Program-made: the position numbers and the translations under genes
Part shown: in pieces, positions 24,545 through 37,394 of the stretch
Layout of the letters: every line of letters starts with the position of its first letter
Position numbering within the stretch: the first letter of the stretch is position 1
Notes under the pieces: generated by a model
What the model was told of the DNA's origin: nothing
The model's input: the letters and a program-made list of their open reading frames with translations, nothing else
Database searches by the model: none
DNA from: Squalus acanthias
Lineage: Eukaryota
DNA length: 64,000 nucleotides
NCBI GenBank assembly: GCA_030390025.1
Contig: CM059453.1
Span: forward strand, 7,874,001-7,938,000
Reading direction: 5' to 3'

Positions 24545-24925
24545 TTGTCCATAGTTTACGATGGTATGTGAAGGTGCCGTGGAATGTGTCGGCGGTGAGC
24601 GGGTCATGTGCTGAGATCCCGTGTACATTTGATTATCCCGCCTATGGCCGCAGTCCACGGGGTACGTGGTTAAAGGGGGGGCCTGATCCTGGAACCTCAG
24701 GGTTGTTGATTATCTGTGATTCCCGGAATTCAGACAAAGTGCCCTTGAACTATAGAGGGCGAGCTCAGTTCACTGGCGACTTTGAAAAGAAACAATGTTC
24801 CTAACGGTTAAAGGACATCAGGAAGATCGATGAAGGTGTTTATTATTTCATATTGAAGATCATCACCGCCCAGAATACTACAGGAGAATATTCTACCGAA
24901 ACTAAGGTCACTCTTTCTATTTTAG
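24545..24925 (+). pseudogene. Gene B V-set Ig exon with in-frame TAA (24802-24804) and essential Arg replaced by Ile
   Basis: GSCAEIPCTFDYP...W...GRAQFTGD..KQCS*...DEGVYYFI; 381 nt like the paralog; TTA to TAA and AGA to ATA relative to gene C. Confidence 0.88.
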
Positions 24926-25108
24926 GTAAGATTTTTCATTTGTTCCTTTTGTAGTTTATATTCCATCTCCCCAGTGCCATTTAATTTTTAGCCTAAAATG
25001 GATAGTTTTGTTACTCTTGGCCCATATCACAGGCTGCAGCGGCAGGACTGGTCCATTGTGTAATACACAGGTGTGTGTTATGTTTTGACTTGAACTGAAA
25101 TAGGGCGC

Positions 25109-25445
25109 TGCAGCAACTCGCCAAGGTTTCTTCGGCAGCACCTCCCAATCCCGCGACCTCTTCCACCTGGAAGGACAAGGGCAGCAGGCGCATGGGAACA
25201 CCACCACCTCCAAGTTCCCCTCCAAGTCACACACCATCCTGACTTAGAACTATATCGCCGAACTTTCATCGTCGCTGGGTCAAAATCATAGAACTCCCTC
25301 CCGAACAGCACTGTGGGAGTACCTTCAGCACACGGATAGCAGCGGTTCAAGAAGGTGGCTCACCAACACCTTCTCAAGGGCAATTAGTGATGGGCAATAA
25401 ATGCTGGTCTTGTCAGCGACGCTCACATTCCATGAATGAATAAAA
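25109..25445 (+). mobile_element. LINE 3' end of a second family (also ~34875-35300 and ~36480-36740, both minus)
   Basis: Three matching copies ending catgaatgaataaaa; ORF HRRTVAAVCTIYKMHC. Confidence 0.75.
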
Positions 25446-25691
25446 GTAAAGACCGGTGTGTCAAAATCCAATCCCTCAAGGATGTGGAAAAATAAATCAA
25501 GATTTGTACTTCTAATGGACAGGTCAGATGACATGGACAATACTTTGGAGTGATTTCTTCAATCAGATCATTTACAGGCCCCCATATCATAGGGTAATTT
25601 TGCAAAGTCTTTCGGCTGAATCAACTTGCACACCATTGGCCATTTTTAAATTAAAATCTACGGTAACGCGAATGTCCTTCTCTCCTTTCAG

Positions 25692-26003
25692 ATAAACCAC
25701 GGATATCAGTCTCGGGGGAATTCATTGCAGGAAAGACAGCACACCTGACCTGCTCAGTCACCCACAGTTGCCCGTCCGCCAACCTTGAATTGATGTGGAC
25801 CCACGACAATGTTGTGCCTCCAATTCTGCCAGCGATTAAAGCTTCAAAAGTACATGATAACGCTTTCGAGGGTTCCCAGAAGGTTTCATCCACTTTCAAC
25901 TTCAGCCCATCACTGGACCATCATGGGAAGAAGCTGGGATGTAAACTTATAGTCGGCGGTGTCACAGCTACTGTTGAAGAAACTCTTACACTGGATGTTA
26001 AAT
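25692..26003 (+). CDS. Gene B Ig domain 2 exon (C2-set, CSVTHSCP motif)
   Basis: ttcag|...|gtaagt; DKPRISVSGEFIAGKTAHLTCSVTHSCP...DHHGKKLGC; Siglec domain-2 CxxxxxCP signature. Confidence 0.88.
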
Positions 26004-26289
26004 GTAAGTACCTGCTCTAAGCTACAGTCTACCAAGTTCTTGATGAATCGGTTCAATAGATGTCTGTATGCTAAATATAGTGATAGCTCGCCTGGATAAT
26101 CGAAGCTTCATGTAAGTCACCTTATTTGACATTTGCCCCAGACCCATGTAGCAAATTGGTCACTCCAGGGCTGTGGTTTATATGAAATATAATTGCAAAG
26201 GCTTGCAATGCCTGATTTTTTGCAGCCACAGATTACCTGAAACATACAGGCCAAGGAGAGTCCATTCATGGCCTGAGCTAACTCACATA

Positions 26290-26968
26290 CATACATAGGA
26301 TATACGGCACAGAAACAGGTCATTGGGTCCAACCAATCCATGCCGCCTTTAATGCTCCACTCAAGCGTCCTCCCGTCTTTCCTCATCTAAATCTATCAGC
26401 CTAACGCGCCGCTCCTTTCTCCCTCATATGCTTGGCCAGCCTCCCCTTAAATGCATCTCTACTATTCGCTTCAGCCACTCGCTGTGGTAGCGAGTTCCAC
26501 ATTCTCACCACTCTCTGGGTAAAGAAGTTTCTTCTGAGTTCCCTATTGGATTTCTTGCTGACTATCTTATATTGATGGCTTCTAGTTATGCTCTTCCCCA
26601 CAAGTGGAAACATTCTCTCTGTATCCGCTCTATGAAAGCCTTTCATAATTTTAAATACCTCTATTAGGTCACCCCACAGCCATCTTTTTTCAAGACAAAA
26701 GAGACTCAGCCTGTTCATCCTTTCCTAATATGTATACCCCCGCATTTCTGGTATCACCGTTGTAAATCTTCTCTGCTCCCTCCCCAGTGCCTCTATATCA
26801 TTTTTATAATATGGCGACCAGAACTGCACGCAGTTCTCTAAGTCTGGTGTAACCGAGATACGATACAGATTTAGTGTAACTTCCCTACTTTTCAATTCTA
26901 TCCGTCTCGGAATAAACCCTAGTGCTTGGTTTGCTTTAGATATAAACTTGCTGACCTGTGGCGCAATT
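26290..26968 (-). mobile_element. CR1 3' fragment (orthologous copy inverted at ~42146-42812)
   Basis: RT C-terminal ORF 26401..26718. Confidence 0.88.
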
Positions 26969-27331
26969 TAGCTGGGGGGTAGTCAGCATTCTACAATTTC
27001 CCTCAGCAACCATATGTAAGAGATGGGAAAGTCCACCCTACTTATTCTGGGAGAAATGGCCACTTGGTTGATGTATCCGGGGAATAGAACCTTACGTGGG
27101 AAAACATACAACTCTTCAAATCCTTGAAGATAAGAGGGGTAAGAATGCTTATTTTTGAAAGAAGCTTAGGATCTAGTGCCTAAAAGTCATGAACGGCTTT
27201 TTGAATTTATAGTTTACAAGAAAACCACCATAGCTTACTTTAATATTTTTCTTTAGTTGTCACATATATTGTTTATTTTTCTAATCCGCACTGATAACCA
27301 CATTTAGAACCAATGGCATCATCCCTTCCAG

Positions 27332-27589
27332 ATGGCCCACAAAAACCAACCATCAATTCCTCTATAGCGGCAGTGGAAGGGAGGTCTTTATTATTATACT
27401 GCACGGCCCGGGGGACCATACCAGGCAACTTAACTTTGGTCCGAAATAGTGAAGAGATCAGCACGTCTTCCACTGGGGAACTGAAGCAGATATTCCACAA
27501 CGTTAGTTCTGGAGATAACGGTGAATATTGGTGCGTGGCTGATAATAACTTGGGCAAAGCGAACAGCTCCACACTGATTTCTGTACAAT
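27332..27589 (+). CDS. Gene B Ig domain 3 exon (C2/I-set)
   Basis: ccag|...|gtaagt; EGRSLLLYC...DNGEYWCVADNNLG. Confidence 0.9.
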
Positions 27590-27902
27590 GTAAGTGCTGT
27601 GTCAACCTATCAAATGTATATTGGGACATCAACCCGTCTTACATTGATTAGGAATCGGTGTTTTTCCCCCAGTGTTCGTACAACGGTCTCAATATCCATC
27701 AGTAATATTGCCTGAAATGTCAGTAAAAGAAGGGTTCTTGAACCAAATCATTAAGTAAATGACACTTTTATAAACAAACTGGAGACCCCAATACACAACT
27801 CCAGTTAGAATGTATCTCTGATTGGCTAAACCAACTGAATGAATATGTGAGATGTGCAACTACACATTTTCTGTACGGCGGACTGATCCCAGCGGCCCTG
27901 AT

Positions 27903-28942
27903 TCATAGAATGATAGAAATTTACTGCACAGAAGGAGGCCATTCGGCCCACCGTGTCCGTGCCGCCGACAAAGAGCTATCTAGCCTAATCCCACTTTCCA
28001 GCTCTTGGTCCGTAGCCTTGTAGGTTTCGGCACTTCAATTGCATATCCAGGTACTTTTTAAATGTGATGAGTGTCTCTGCGTCGAACATCCTTTCAGGCA
28101 GTGAGCTCCAGAATCCCACCACCCTCTAAGTGAAAAAAATCTCCTCAAATCCCCTCTCAACCTCCGACCAATTACTTTAAATCTATGCGCCTGGTTATTG
28201 ACCCTTCTGCTAGGGGAAATAGGTCCTTCCTATCCACTCTATCTAAGCTCCTCATCATTTTATACACCTCAATTAAGTCTCAACTCAGCCGCCTCTGTTC
28301 CAAAGAAAACAACCCCAGCCTATCCAAACTTTTCTCAAAGCTAAAATTCCCCAGCCCAGGCAAAATCCTCGTAAATGTCCTCTGCACCCCCTCAAGTGCA
28401 ATCAGATCCTTCCTGTAATGTGGTGACCAGAACTGCACGCAGTATTCTAGCTGCGGCCTAACTAATGTTTTATACAGTTCAAGCATAACCTCGCTGTTTT
28501 TATATTCTATGCCTCGGCTAATAAAGGAAAGTATCCCGTATGCCTTCTTAACCACCTAATCTACCTGTCCTGCTACCTTCAGGGATCTGTGGACATGCAC
28601 TCCAAGGTCCGTCTGATCCTCTGCACTTCTCAGTGTCCTACCATTTATAGTGTATTCCTTTGCCTGTTAGCCCTCCCTAAATGCATTACCTCACACTTCT
28701 CCAGAATGAATTCCAATTGCCACTGTTCTGCCCACCTGACCAGTCCATTCATAACATCTTGCAGTCCACAGCTTTCTTCTTCATTCTCAACCACACGGCC
28801 AACTGTTGTATCATCTGCAAACTTCTTAGTCATATTCCTACATACAAGTCCAAATCATTGATATATACCACCAAAAGCAAAGGACCCAGTACTGAGCCTT
28901 GCGGATTCCCACTGGAAACAGCCTTCCAGCCACAAAAACACT
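27903..28942 (-). mobile_element. CR1 RT fragment
   Basis: KFADD, LVRPQLEYCVQFW. Confidence 0.9.
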
Positions 28943-29094
28943 GAAGTGCAGGAACATTTTAGTCCAACACAAAGGTAGATAAAGACAACAACTGATCAGA
29001 AGTTATTGAAATGTTTAGCAGAAATTACATGTTGGAGTATTTAGCCAGGTTTGTTTACAAGATTGTAACTCGGAAATCCTCACAACATAACAGC

Positions 29095-31650
29095 ATTAGA
29101 ACATAAGAATTAGGAGCAGGAGTTGGCCATTCGGCTCCTCGAGCCTGCTCCGCCATTCATTTGGTCATGGGTGACCTTTGACATCAACTCCACTTCCCGC
29201 CCGATCCCCATATCCCTTTCGCTCCATAGAATCCAAAAATCTATCTATCTCAAACTTGAATATACTCAACGACTCAGCATCCACAGCGCTTTTGGGTGGA
29301 AAATTCCATATATTCGCAACACTCTGAGTGAAGAGATTCTTCCTCATCTCAGTCAGTTGAAAATACGAACATAAGAAATAGGAGCAGGAGTAGGCTATAC
29401 AGCCCCTCGAGCCTGTTCCGCCATTCAATAAATCATGGCTGATCATCGACCTCAACTCCACTTTCCCGCCCGATCTCCATATCCCATTGATTCCATATTA
29501 GTCCAAAAATCTACCTGTCTCTGCCTTTTAAACATATTCAAAGACGCAGCATTCACAGACCTCTAGGGCAGGGAATTCCAAAGATTCACAACCCTCTAAG
29601 TGAATAAATGTCTCCTCATCTCAGTCGTAAATCGCCTACCCCTTAACCTGAGACTGTGCCCCCCGGTTCTAGACACACCAGGCTGGGCGAAACATCCTCT
29701 CAGCATCTGCACTGTCTTTCCCCTTCAGAATCTTCTATATTTCAATGAGATCACTGTCATTTTTCTAAACTCCTTTCTCCACCCATACTGATTATATTTC
29801 CAGATCTTCCGAGCCGAGATCATTTTTCTCTACTGTCCATATGTTATCCTTTATAATCGTGGCTACTCACCCTGCTTTTCCATTCCGTCGGTCTTTTTGA
29901 AACTCCTGGAACATTTAGTTCCCAACCTTGCTCACCTTGCAACCACGTCTTTGTAATGGCTATTAGAACAAACACATTTTATTCTATTTGTGCCACTACT
30001 TCGTCTATCTGGTTACGAATGCTTCGTGCTTTCAGATAAAGAGCCTTTAATTTTTTGTACCATTATTCCCTGCTTTGACTTCATTCTCTGCTGAACTGCT
30101 CCCGTTAAACTCTCTGTCCTTTCCTGTCACACTCTGCTTATATTTTCCCAAATCACGACACTGCTCTATTGCCTTGACCATGCTTTTTAGATTTCTAAAC
30201 TTCCCCTCACCTGACCCCTCCCCCTTATTTAGTTTAAAGCCCTATCTACAGCCCTAGTCAAGACGCTTGTCCCAGCCCAGTTTAGGTGGAGCCCTTCCCG
30301 AGGGAACAGCTCCCTCTTTCCCCAGTACTGATGCCAGTGCCCCATTAATTGATATCCCTTCTTCCAACACCACATTCTGAGCCAAGCATTTACGTTTCCG
30401 ATCTGCTTGACCCTATGCCAATTTGAACGTGGCTCAGGTAGTAAACCAGAGATTATTACCCTTGAAGTTGCGCTTAATAACTTAGACCCAAGCACCTCGA
30501 ACTCCCTCAGCAGAAACGAATTATTTGTTCTACCTATGTCGCTGGTTCCTACATGGAGCACGACAACTGGATCCTCCCCCTCCCACTCCAAATTCTTAAC
30601 CAGCCGCGTGGAGATATCCTTAACCCTGGTATCGGGCAGGCAACACAGCCTTCGGGACTATCTTTCACAGCTGCAGAGAACAGTATCAATTCCCCTGATT
30701 ATACTGTTCCCTACTAACTACCACATTCCTTCCTTCTCCACCCACTTGTTGGCCCCCTGTACCACAGTGCCATGGTCAGTTTTCCCATCCTCCCTGCAGT
30801 CCTTTTCCTTATCCATACAGGTAGCAAGTACCTCGTACCTATTGGACAAGGTCCAGGGCTGAAGCTCATCCACCACTACATGCTGGGTCCCCATACCTTC
30901 CTGACTCGCAGTCATACCTTCATTTCCCTGACCACTGACGAACTCTAATGTAGTACTGAACCGAAAGGTTGTTGCTGCCATCTGGGACAAAGTGTCCAGG
31001 TAATTCTCCCCCTCCCTGATGCATCGCAATGTCTGCAGCTCGTACTCCACCTCAACAATTCTGAGCCGAAGTTCCTCGAGTTGCAGACACTTACTGCAGA
31101 TGTGGTTGGTCAGAATCGCGTTGCACTCCAGAGAAGCCCACATGCTGCAGTTGCGACGCACCAGCTGCCCTGTCATCTCTAACCTTGTTTTATTTATTAA
31201 TTCATTAGTGAAAGCTTTTATTCAATCGATATTTCAGTTTTATTGTTTCATTATTTTATCTAGGCTAAGTTTACAATTTAATAAGTATTGGAAGTTGGAA
31301 TTTATCAGCTCTTAATTTAATGCCTTCCCTAAATTAGAGAGCAAAAAAGAGCTGAAATATTCAACAACCAATCGCCTACCTGCTCTCCTGTGACGTCACT
31401 CTGATTTTTTTGTAGTTTTCGATTCGGATCCTGGCCGCTGCCGCTTTTCCAAATGGCCGATCCCTCATCCTGAGACTATTCCCCCTAGTTCTAGATTCCC
31501 CCACGAGGGAAAACAGCCTCTCAGCATCTACCCTGTCAATCCCCCTCAGAATCTTATATGTTTCAATGAAATCACCTCTCATTCTTCTAAAATCCAGAGA
31601 GTATAGGCCCAATCTACTCCATCTCTTCTCATCGAACAACACTCTCAACA
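29095..31650 (-). mobile_element. CR1 cluster including ORF1 (Zn finger/coiled coil + SGNH esterase) at ~29760-31420
   Basis: HICSKCLQLEEL; VLHVGTSDIG...EGLHLN. Confidence 0.85.
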
Positions 31651-31911
31651 CACATATTGCTCCAGGAAATATATGGATTAATTGACTCCTCATTGGCTCG
31701 ATGCAATTCCATACCTGAGTTATTGCCTTGCTAGAAATTAGGGGAAAGTAAATTCTGATGAAGCTTTAAATGAATTTAATATTGACTGGTTCTAATCAAG
31801 CTCGTTATGTGCAGTGACCTCTCTGCTTAATCTAAACGAATAAATTGGTTCTATTTAGACACTGCAAACTGCTGTATGGAAACTATCTCAAGCTGGCTTC
31901 TCTATTTTCAG

Positions 31912-32199
31912 ATAAACCCACAATAGTATCAGGCCCGACCTGCACCAGCTCTGAGGGTGGGGTTCATTGTACCTGCAGTATCAGAGCCAACCCCCCAGCA
32001 AACATCACCTGGGGCATCAATGGGAGAAACATCACTGCGAACAGTTCAGATATCAATATACTCTCCTCGGGGTTGAAAAGTCACCTGGTGCAGAGCTCCC
32101 TGACACTGACTCAACCAATTGGAACTGAACACCTGATCTCATGTTTTGGAGTAAACGAGCATGGCATTACTGTCGGAAAATATCAGCTCCAAGCTGAAG
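31912..32199 (+). CDS. Gene B membrane-proximal Ig domain 4 exon (MAG-like CxC)
   Basis: ttcag|...|gtatat; PTCTSSEGGVHCTCSIRANPPANITW...SCFGVNEHG. Confidence 0.88.
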
Positions 32200-33176
32200 G
32201 TATATATTGTATTTTACTGTAATTTAATTACTGCGAATGTTTCTGTCCTCACCTGTCAGTGACTAACTCAACGGTGTTAGTGTCAGCATGTTCCAGTTCC
32301 ACTGAGCTGAAATATCATTCTTATCTGCAAAGTAGGACTGAATTCAATTTTAATTTCAGTAGTGTTTGGGACTGGTTCATGACTGAGCGCTACCTCACTG
32401 AATGTTACGATGGGAATAATTCATGTGAAGTTTAGAGTCTGGTATCTGAATTTGATTATTGTCGCCTTGTTTTTGTGAAGATAGGAGGGATAATATAAAA
32501 CACTCGGAGCAGCGTGTCATCTTTCATAAAATAAACCCTTCTAACTTAGTGACACACTCGATGAAATCATGTTTCCTCTCATTGTAACGGTAGTGGGGTA
32601 CAGTCGATCAGTTCAACATTTTTTCACAGATATTTCAGCCTACTGCCGGTTTTGTTGTCCTGAAGATATTCTGAAAGAACTATACAGTGCGATAACACTG
32701 ACAATGGAGCCAGGAGAACTTCGATAACTGAAAGAGCCGGTTATAGACTGAATTAACTTATCGGATAGCAAGCGAACAGATCCGAGTATGTGGCGTGGAT
32801 TGATGCAGTCTCTCAGGGAGACTGCGTTATTTAATGGTTTGAAGAAGCGCAGGGGAGTTATCTCTGGTGCCCTGGCCAATATTTATCCCTAAACCAATAA
32901 CACAGAAACAGATTTATCTGCTGATTTACTGTATGGCTGTTTGTGGGATCTTGCTGTGCGCAATTTTGCGGCCACGTTCCCTACAGTACAACGTTGACTA
33001 CACTTCAAAAGTACTTCATTGGCTGCAAAGCGCTTTGAGACGTCGGCAAAAGCGGTATATAAAAACAAGTTCATTTTGTTCTTAACAGCTTCCCGTACAT
33101 GCTGTTAAATGTTATGTTGAATCTTGGTATAATCTTAGAGCAATAATGAAGAGCACGGTTTTTTTTTATATTTTAG

Positions 33177-33276
33177 GATCATTTTGGAGAATTGTCATGC
33201 CAATCAGAGCCGCCGTCGCAGTTCTCATTCTGATTGGCATCATTGTCTTGGTGAGGATAGAGATTGATTCACACAG
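33177..33276 (+). CDS. Gene B transmembrane exon with intramembrane Arg (GSFWRIVMPIRAAVAVLILIGIIVLVRIEIDSHR)
   Basis: ttttag|...|gtatgg; homologous to the A/C TM exons and their flanks. Confidence 0.82.
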
Positions 33277-33876
33277 GTATGGTTCATATTACTTATACTC
33301 ATGCTTTAATAAGACAGATTTCAAAAGAACGTGACATCAGGATTTCAGCCCATGAGCAAATATTGCATAATATAATTATCCCCAGCTATCATTGACCCTG
33401 AATCTCAGCGAAGAGTTGACAAGGGAAGGCTTGCTGGAGTTCAGTTGCTTGTGAAGGGAAAGTAGGGGAATGTCAGAAGTTCAGCGTCCCATGTCTGATC
33501 TTTCACTTCTTAGTTCAAATATTGTACATCAAGGGCCAGTGCAGAAATTGGGTGCAAAATCTAGCCTGTCACTTGAGCGGAGGCGCCGTATTTCATGCCA
33601 GACAATTTAAGCTGAACACGGTTTGGCAGCTCAAAGCTCCCGTGGCCATATTGGCGGAGGACCTCATGACTCCGGAGGCCATAAAATGCTGCACAGAAAC
33701 ATTGCTGGCCACGAAAGGGCAAATTCCGGTGCATTTTTAAGACATGGCGGAAATTGCTATGGTTATTCTGCACCAGTAGATGCCGCTCGCTTTGCATTTA
33801 TAAAATGTTCAGTGAACACTGAATTTATCAAAGCAGATCAAGATAGATATAACCAGCTTCATCAGATAGAGATAAT

Positions 33877-34589
33877 GGCCCAAAAATTCGTGAGGAAGCC
33901 TTCGTGCGAGGGTAAGGCTTCTGCGCGATCTCTCACTGCGCGTTGGCTTTTTCAGTTCCAGCTCGCACGAACTTGATGTTCTCGACAGCTGCTGTGCTCG
34001 GCTTGCGTATCCCACAAGCGCAGTTAATTCGTGCGAGCTGTGGGATCACGTGACTCAGTTATAGCCAATGGCAGCACACCATCTTCCATTCATAACTTTC
34101 ACATCAGTGCTGTGAAAGCTATGAATAATATAGCCCCCCAAAATAACAGCTAAACCTCAATTAAATTTTAAAGAACATCACATTAATAAAATAAGTATAG
34201 TTAAATAAATTAACCATTTTAAATAAAAAATTAAATTTTTGAACATTTTTTAAATCTTTTAAAAAGTTATAAAAATAAACTTACCTGTCTTTAAAGTCTC
34301 TAAAAAAGATATACCTGTTAAAAAAAATTCAAAATAATACTTAATTCACTACTTACCTTGTTAAAAGTGGGTCTTACTCCTCCTTTTATTATGTGTAAAA
34401 TCTTCCATACTTACCTGCGCGTTGAAACCACTAAGTGCACTGCATGCGCGCAGCCTGTAGCGCGCACGTGGTTCAGCTAGGAACCGCCCCCTTTTCCATT
34501 CACCAAGTGCCGGTTTTCAGCGCATGCGCAGTGCATGCAGAAAACCGGCAATTGGAGACAGAATACGCGAGAGTACACAGTGCGTACTC
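33877..34589 (-). mobile_element. MITE, reverse orientation, one end truncated
   Basis: Reverse complement of the 19065/55604 family. Confidence 0.85.
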
Positions 34590-37394
34590 AACATGAAAAT
34601 CAACTTTAACATAGTGCCTTGAAGTATAAAACGTCCTGAAGCGCTTTCAGAGTTTATAGCAAGAGAAGTACATTCCAAGACAGTGGAGAAAGTTTAAGAG
34701 ATTTAGAGAGAGTAAATTGAAGGCTAGGACCAAAAGATGACGTTCAAGGATGATAGAGACATAGAGAGGGGAAGTGGATATAATGCGGGGTTCCACAGGG
34801 CCTCGGCAACAGTCAGTCCTGGGAACAAATTGCAGGATGCATGGAAAGGAGATATGCACAGGGCGCCACGTCTTTTTTATTGATTCGTGTGATGTGGGCG
34901 TCGCTGACAAGGCCAGCATTTATTGCCATCTCTAATTGCCCTTGAGAAGGTGGTGGTGAGCCTCCTTCTTGAACCGCTGCAGTCCGTGTAGTGAAGTTAC
35001 TCCCCCAGTGCTGTTAGGGAGGGAGTTTCAGGATTTTGACCCAGCGACGATGAAAGATCGGCGATATATTTCCAAGTTAGGGTGGTGTGTGACCTGGAGG
35101 GGAACTTGGAGGTTGTGGTGTTCCATTGCGCCTGCTGCCCTTGTCCTTCTAGGTGGAAGGGGCCTCTGGTGTGGGAGGTGCTGCCAAAGAAGCCTTGGCG
35201 AGTTGCTGCAGTGCATCTTGTAGATGGTACACACTGCAGCCACGGTACGCCGGTGGTGGAGGGAGTGAATGTTTAAGGTGGTGGATGGGGTGACGATCAA
35301 ACATGCATAACACTGAAAGGCGCTGGAAAGTAAATTTGGAAAAAATTGCAGAGTATAAACGGAGAATTGCTATGACATGGAATGCACTGCCTGAAGCTGT
35401 GATAATAGCAAATTCAATCGTAACTTTCTAAAGTGAACTGGAGTTATACTTTAAAAGGAATAATTTGCAGGGTCATGGAGAAAGAACAGGCGCGTGGGAC
35501 TAATTGCATAGCTCTTTCAAATAGCCGGCACAGGCACGATGGGGTGAATAATTACTTTCTGTATTGTATTATTCTATGATTCTACCAATAAACAATAGAA
35601 CAGAAATGTTGGAGAGGCGGGTCAGTAGGGTTTCCTGAAACTCAGTGCAAAAATCAACAGTAACTTATGTGTGCCAGTAAGAGCAGAGTGTCTTAACAAG
35701 AGGAATGTAGCAAGCTTTAAAACTTGTTCCGGATGCGTTTACCTTGGATAGCAGAAGATTCATGGGCCTGGTCTCCAACGTGATTCAAATGGCAGTTGGA
35801 GCGCTTCCTTCTATTGAGAGGATGTGTGGAAATCGACCAGATCACAGCACACGTCACATCTGTTGGACAATGGTGGAAAGTGCATTGCATCAGGAAGAAG
35901 ACATTATCCGGCCACAGTTGCTTCGTTCTGCACAAGCTGTAACAAATTTCGATAGTCCATTTTGGGGAGGGTGAGGTGGACTCGGAGTTTACCTTGGCAT
36001 GCTACAGGATGTCTGCCTCAGTTGGGCTCAAATGTGTCTGATGATATAGTGACAAATAGCCCATGTAATAACGGCGTTCGGCCACTTTGTGGCGCTGTTG
36101 GATTTAGACGCTTTTCTCAATCACACTGAGCACAAGGAACATACATGACTTCAGGCTGCAGAAGGAATCAGAGAAATTGCAACAAATAGCAATTCCTAAC
36201 GCAATTGCAGATATTCCAGCACTCTAAATATCCAAGGAGCAATTCAGCAATTAGTATGTCCCCATCCCAGCTAACCTGGGCCAGGCACTTAAAGATCTGT
36301 CAGTGCTCGCGCTCCGGTCTAAAACCCCACAGACACTCTTTGTTAGACTTGCAAGTTAAAAATGGGCAATTGTTTGAGGTACTGGCGGGAATGTATTTTA
36401 ATAATAGACAAGCATTTCACAACAGGGGCAAAATTGCAACATGGGAGTGGAGTGGAAAAGTACAGGGGCATAATTTTTAATTCATGCTTGGGATGTGGGC
36501 GTCGCTGGCATGGCCTCGTTTATTGCTCCTTCCTAGTTGCCCTTGAAAAGGTGGTGGTGGGCCTTCTTCTTGAAATACTGCAGTATGTGTGGCGAAGCTG
36601 CTCCCACATTGCTGTTAGGGAGGGAGTTCCAGTATTTTGACCCAGCGATGTTGAAGAGATGGTCGTATATTTCCAAGTCAGGTTGAGTTGTGAGTTGGAG
36701 GGGAACTTGGAGGTGATGGAGTTCCCATGCACCTATTGTCCTGATATGGAGGCAGTGACATCTTCCTTGTCTCTTACTTTCTGATTGTAGGGATAAATGC
36801 ACAATCCCATTCTCCAAGCAGTGGGCCGAACATGCAGCGGTGGTTGGTCAGAGAATCGCGCTCAGTGTTGCGGCCTATCTTCGATCCGTGCTTCCTGTAA
36901 TTCATTGTCAACTCTGAGCTCTCACTTTGCAGTACAGTTTAAACACTGAGCTGCAAACACAACAGGTCCTTTCAAGATGCAGCATAGAGTATAAGACGGA
37001 TGGTGCCTGAGCACAGATAAACTCATTCTGGTTCAATGTCCAGAATGATTCACACCCAAGAACGTCATAGATAGCAGCGGGCTGACGGCTGTAGTAATCA
37101 CATACAGGGGCTCTAAATAGAACCCAGCACTTCACACCTCCGCTTTGGTGCTATACTGGCCCATGGTGTAAATAAACCCACCTCGGTGCAGCCACAGTGA
37201 ATGAGGCACAGAGCAAGCACCATAGGAACATTATGTGTTAAACCCAAAGTCTGCCCCGAAGTTGACCACACCTCACATCACCTGACACTCTCAAAGCAAA
37301 CTGGGCCTTGTGTGGAGCATATTTGAGCAGAGTGCATTGCACAAACCTTCATTCTGGGATTGACCAGACATACGGCATCACTTGTTGTTTATAC

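Larger units (their letters stand above)
20050..33480 (+). repeat. Older gene-sized duplication: gene B block, paralogous to ~35480-50180
   Basis: Shared upstream region, introns and exons with gene C. Confidence 0.85.
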
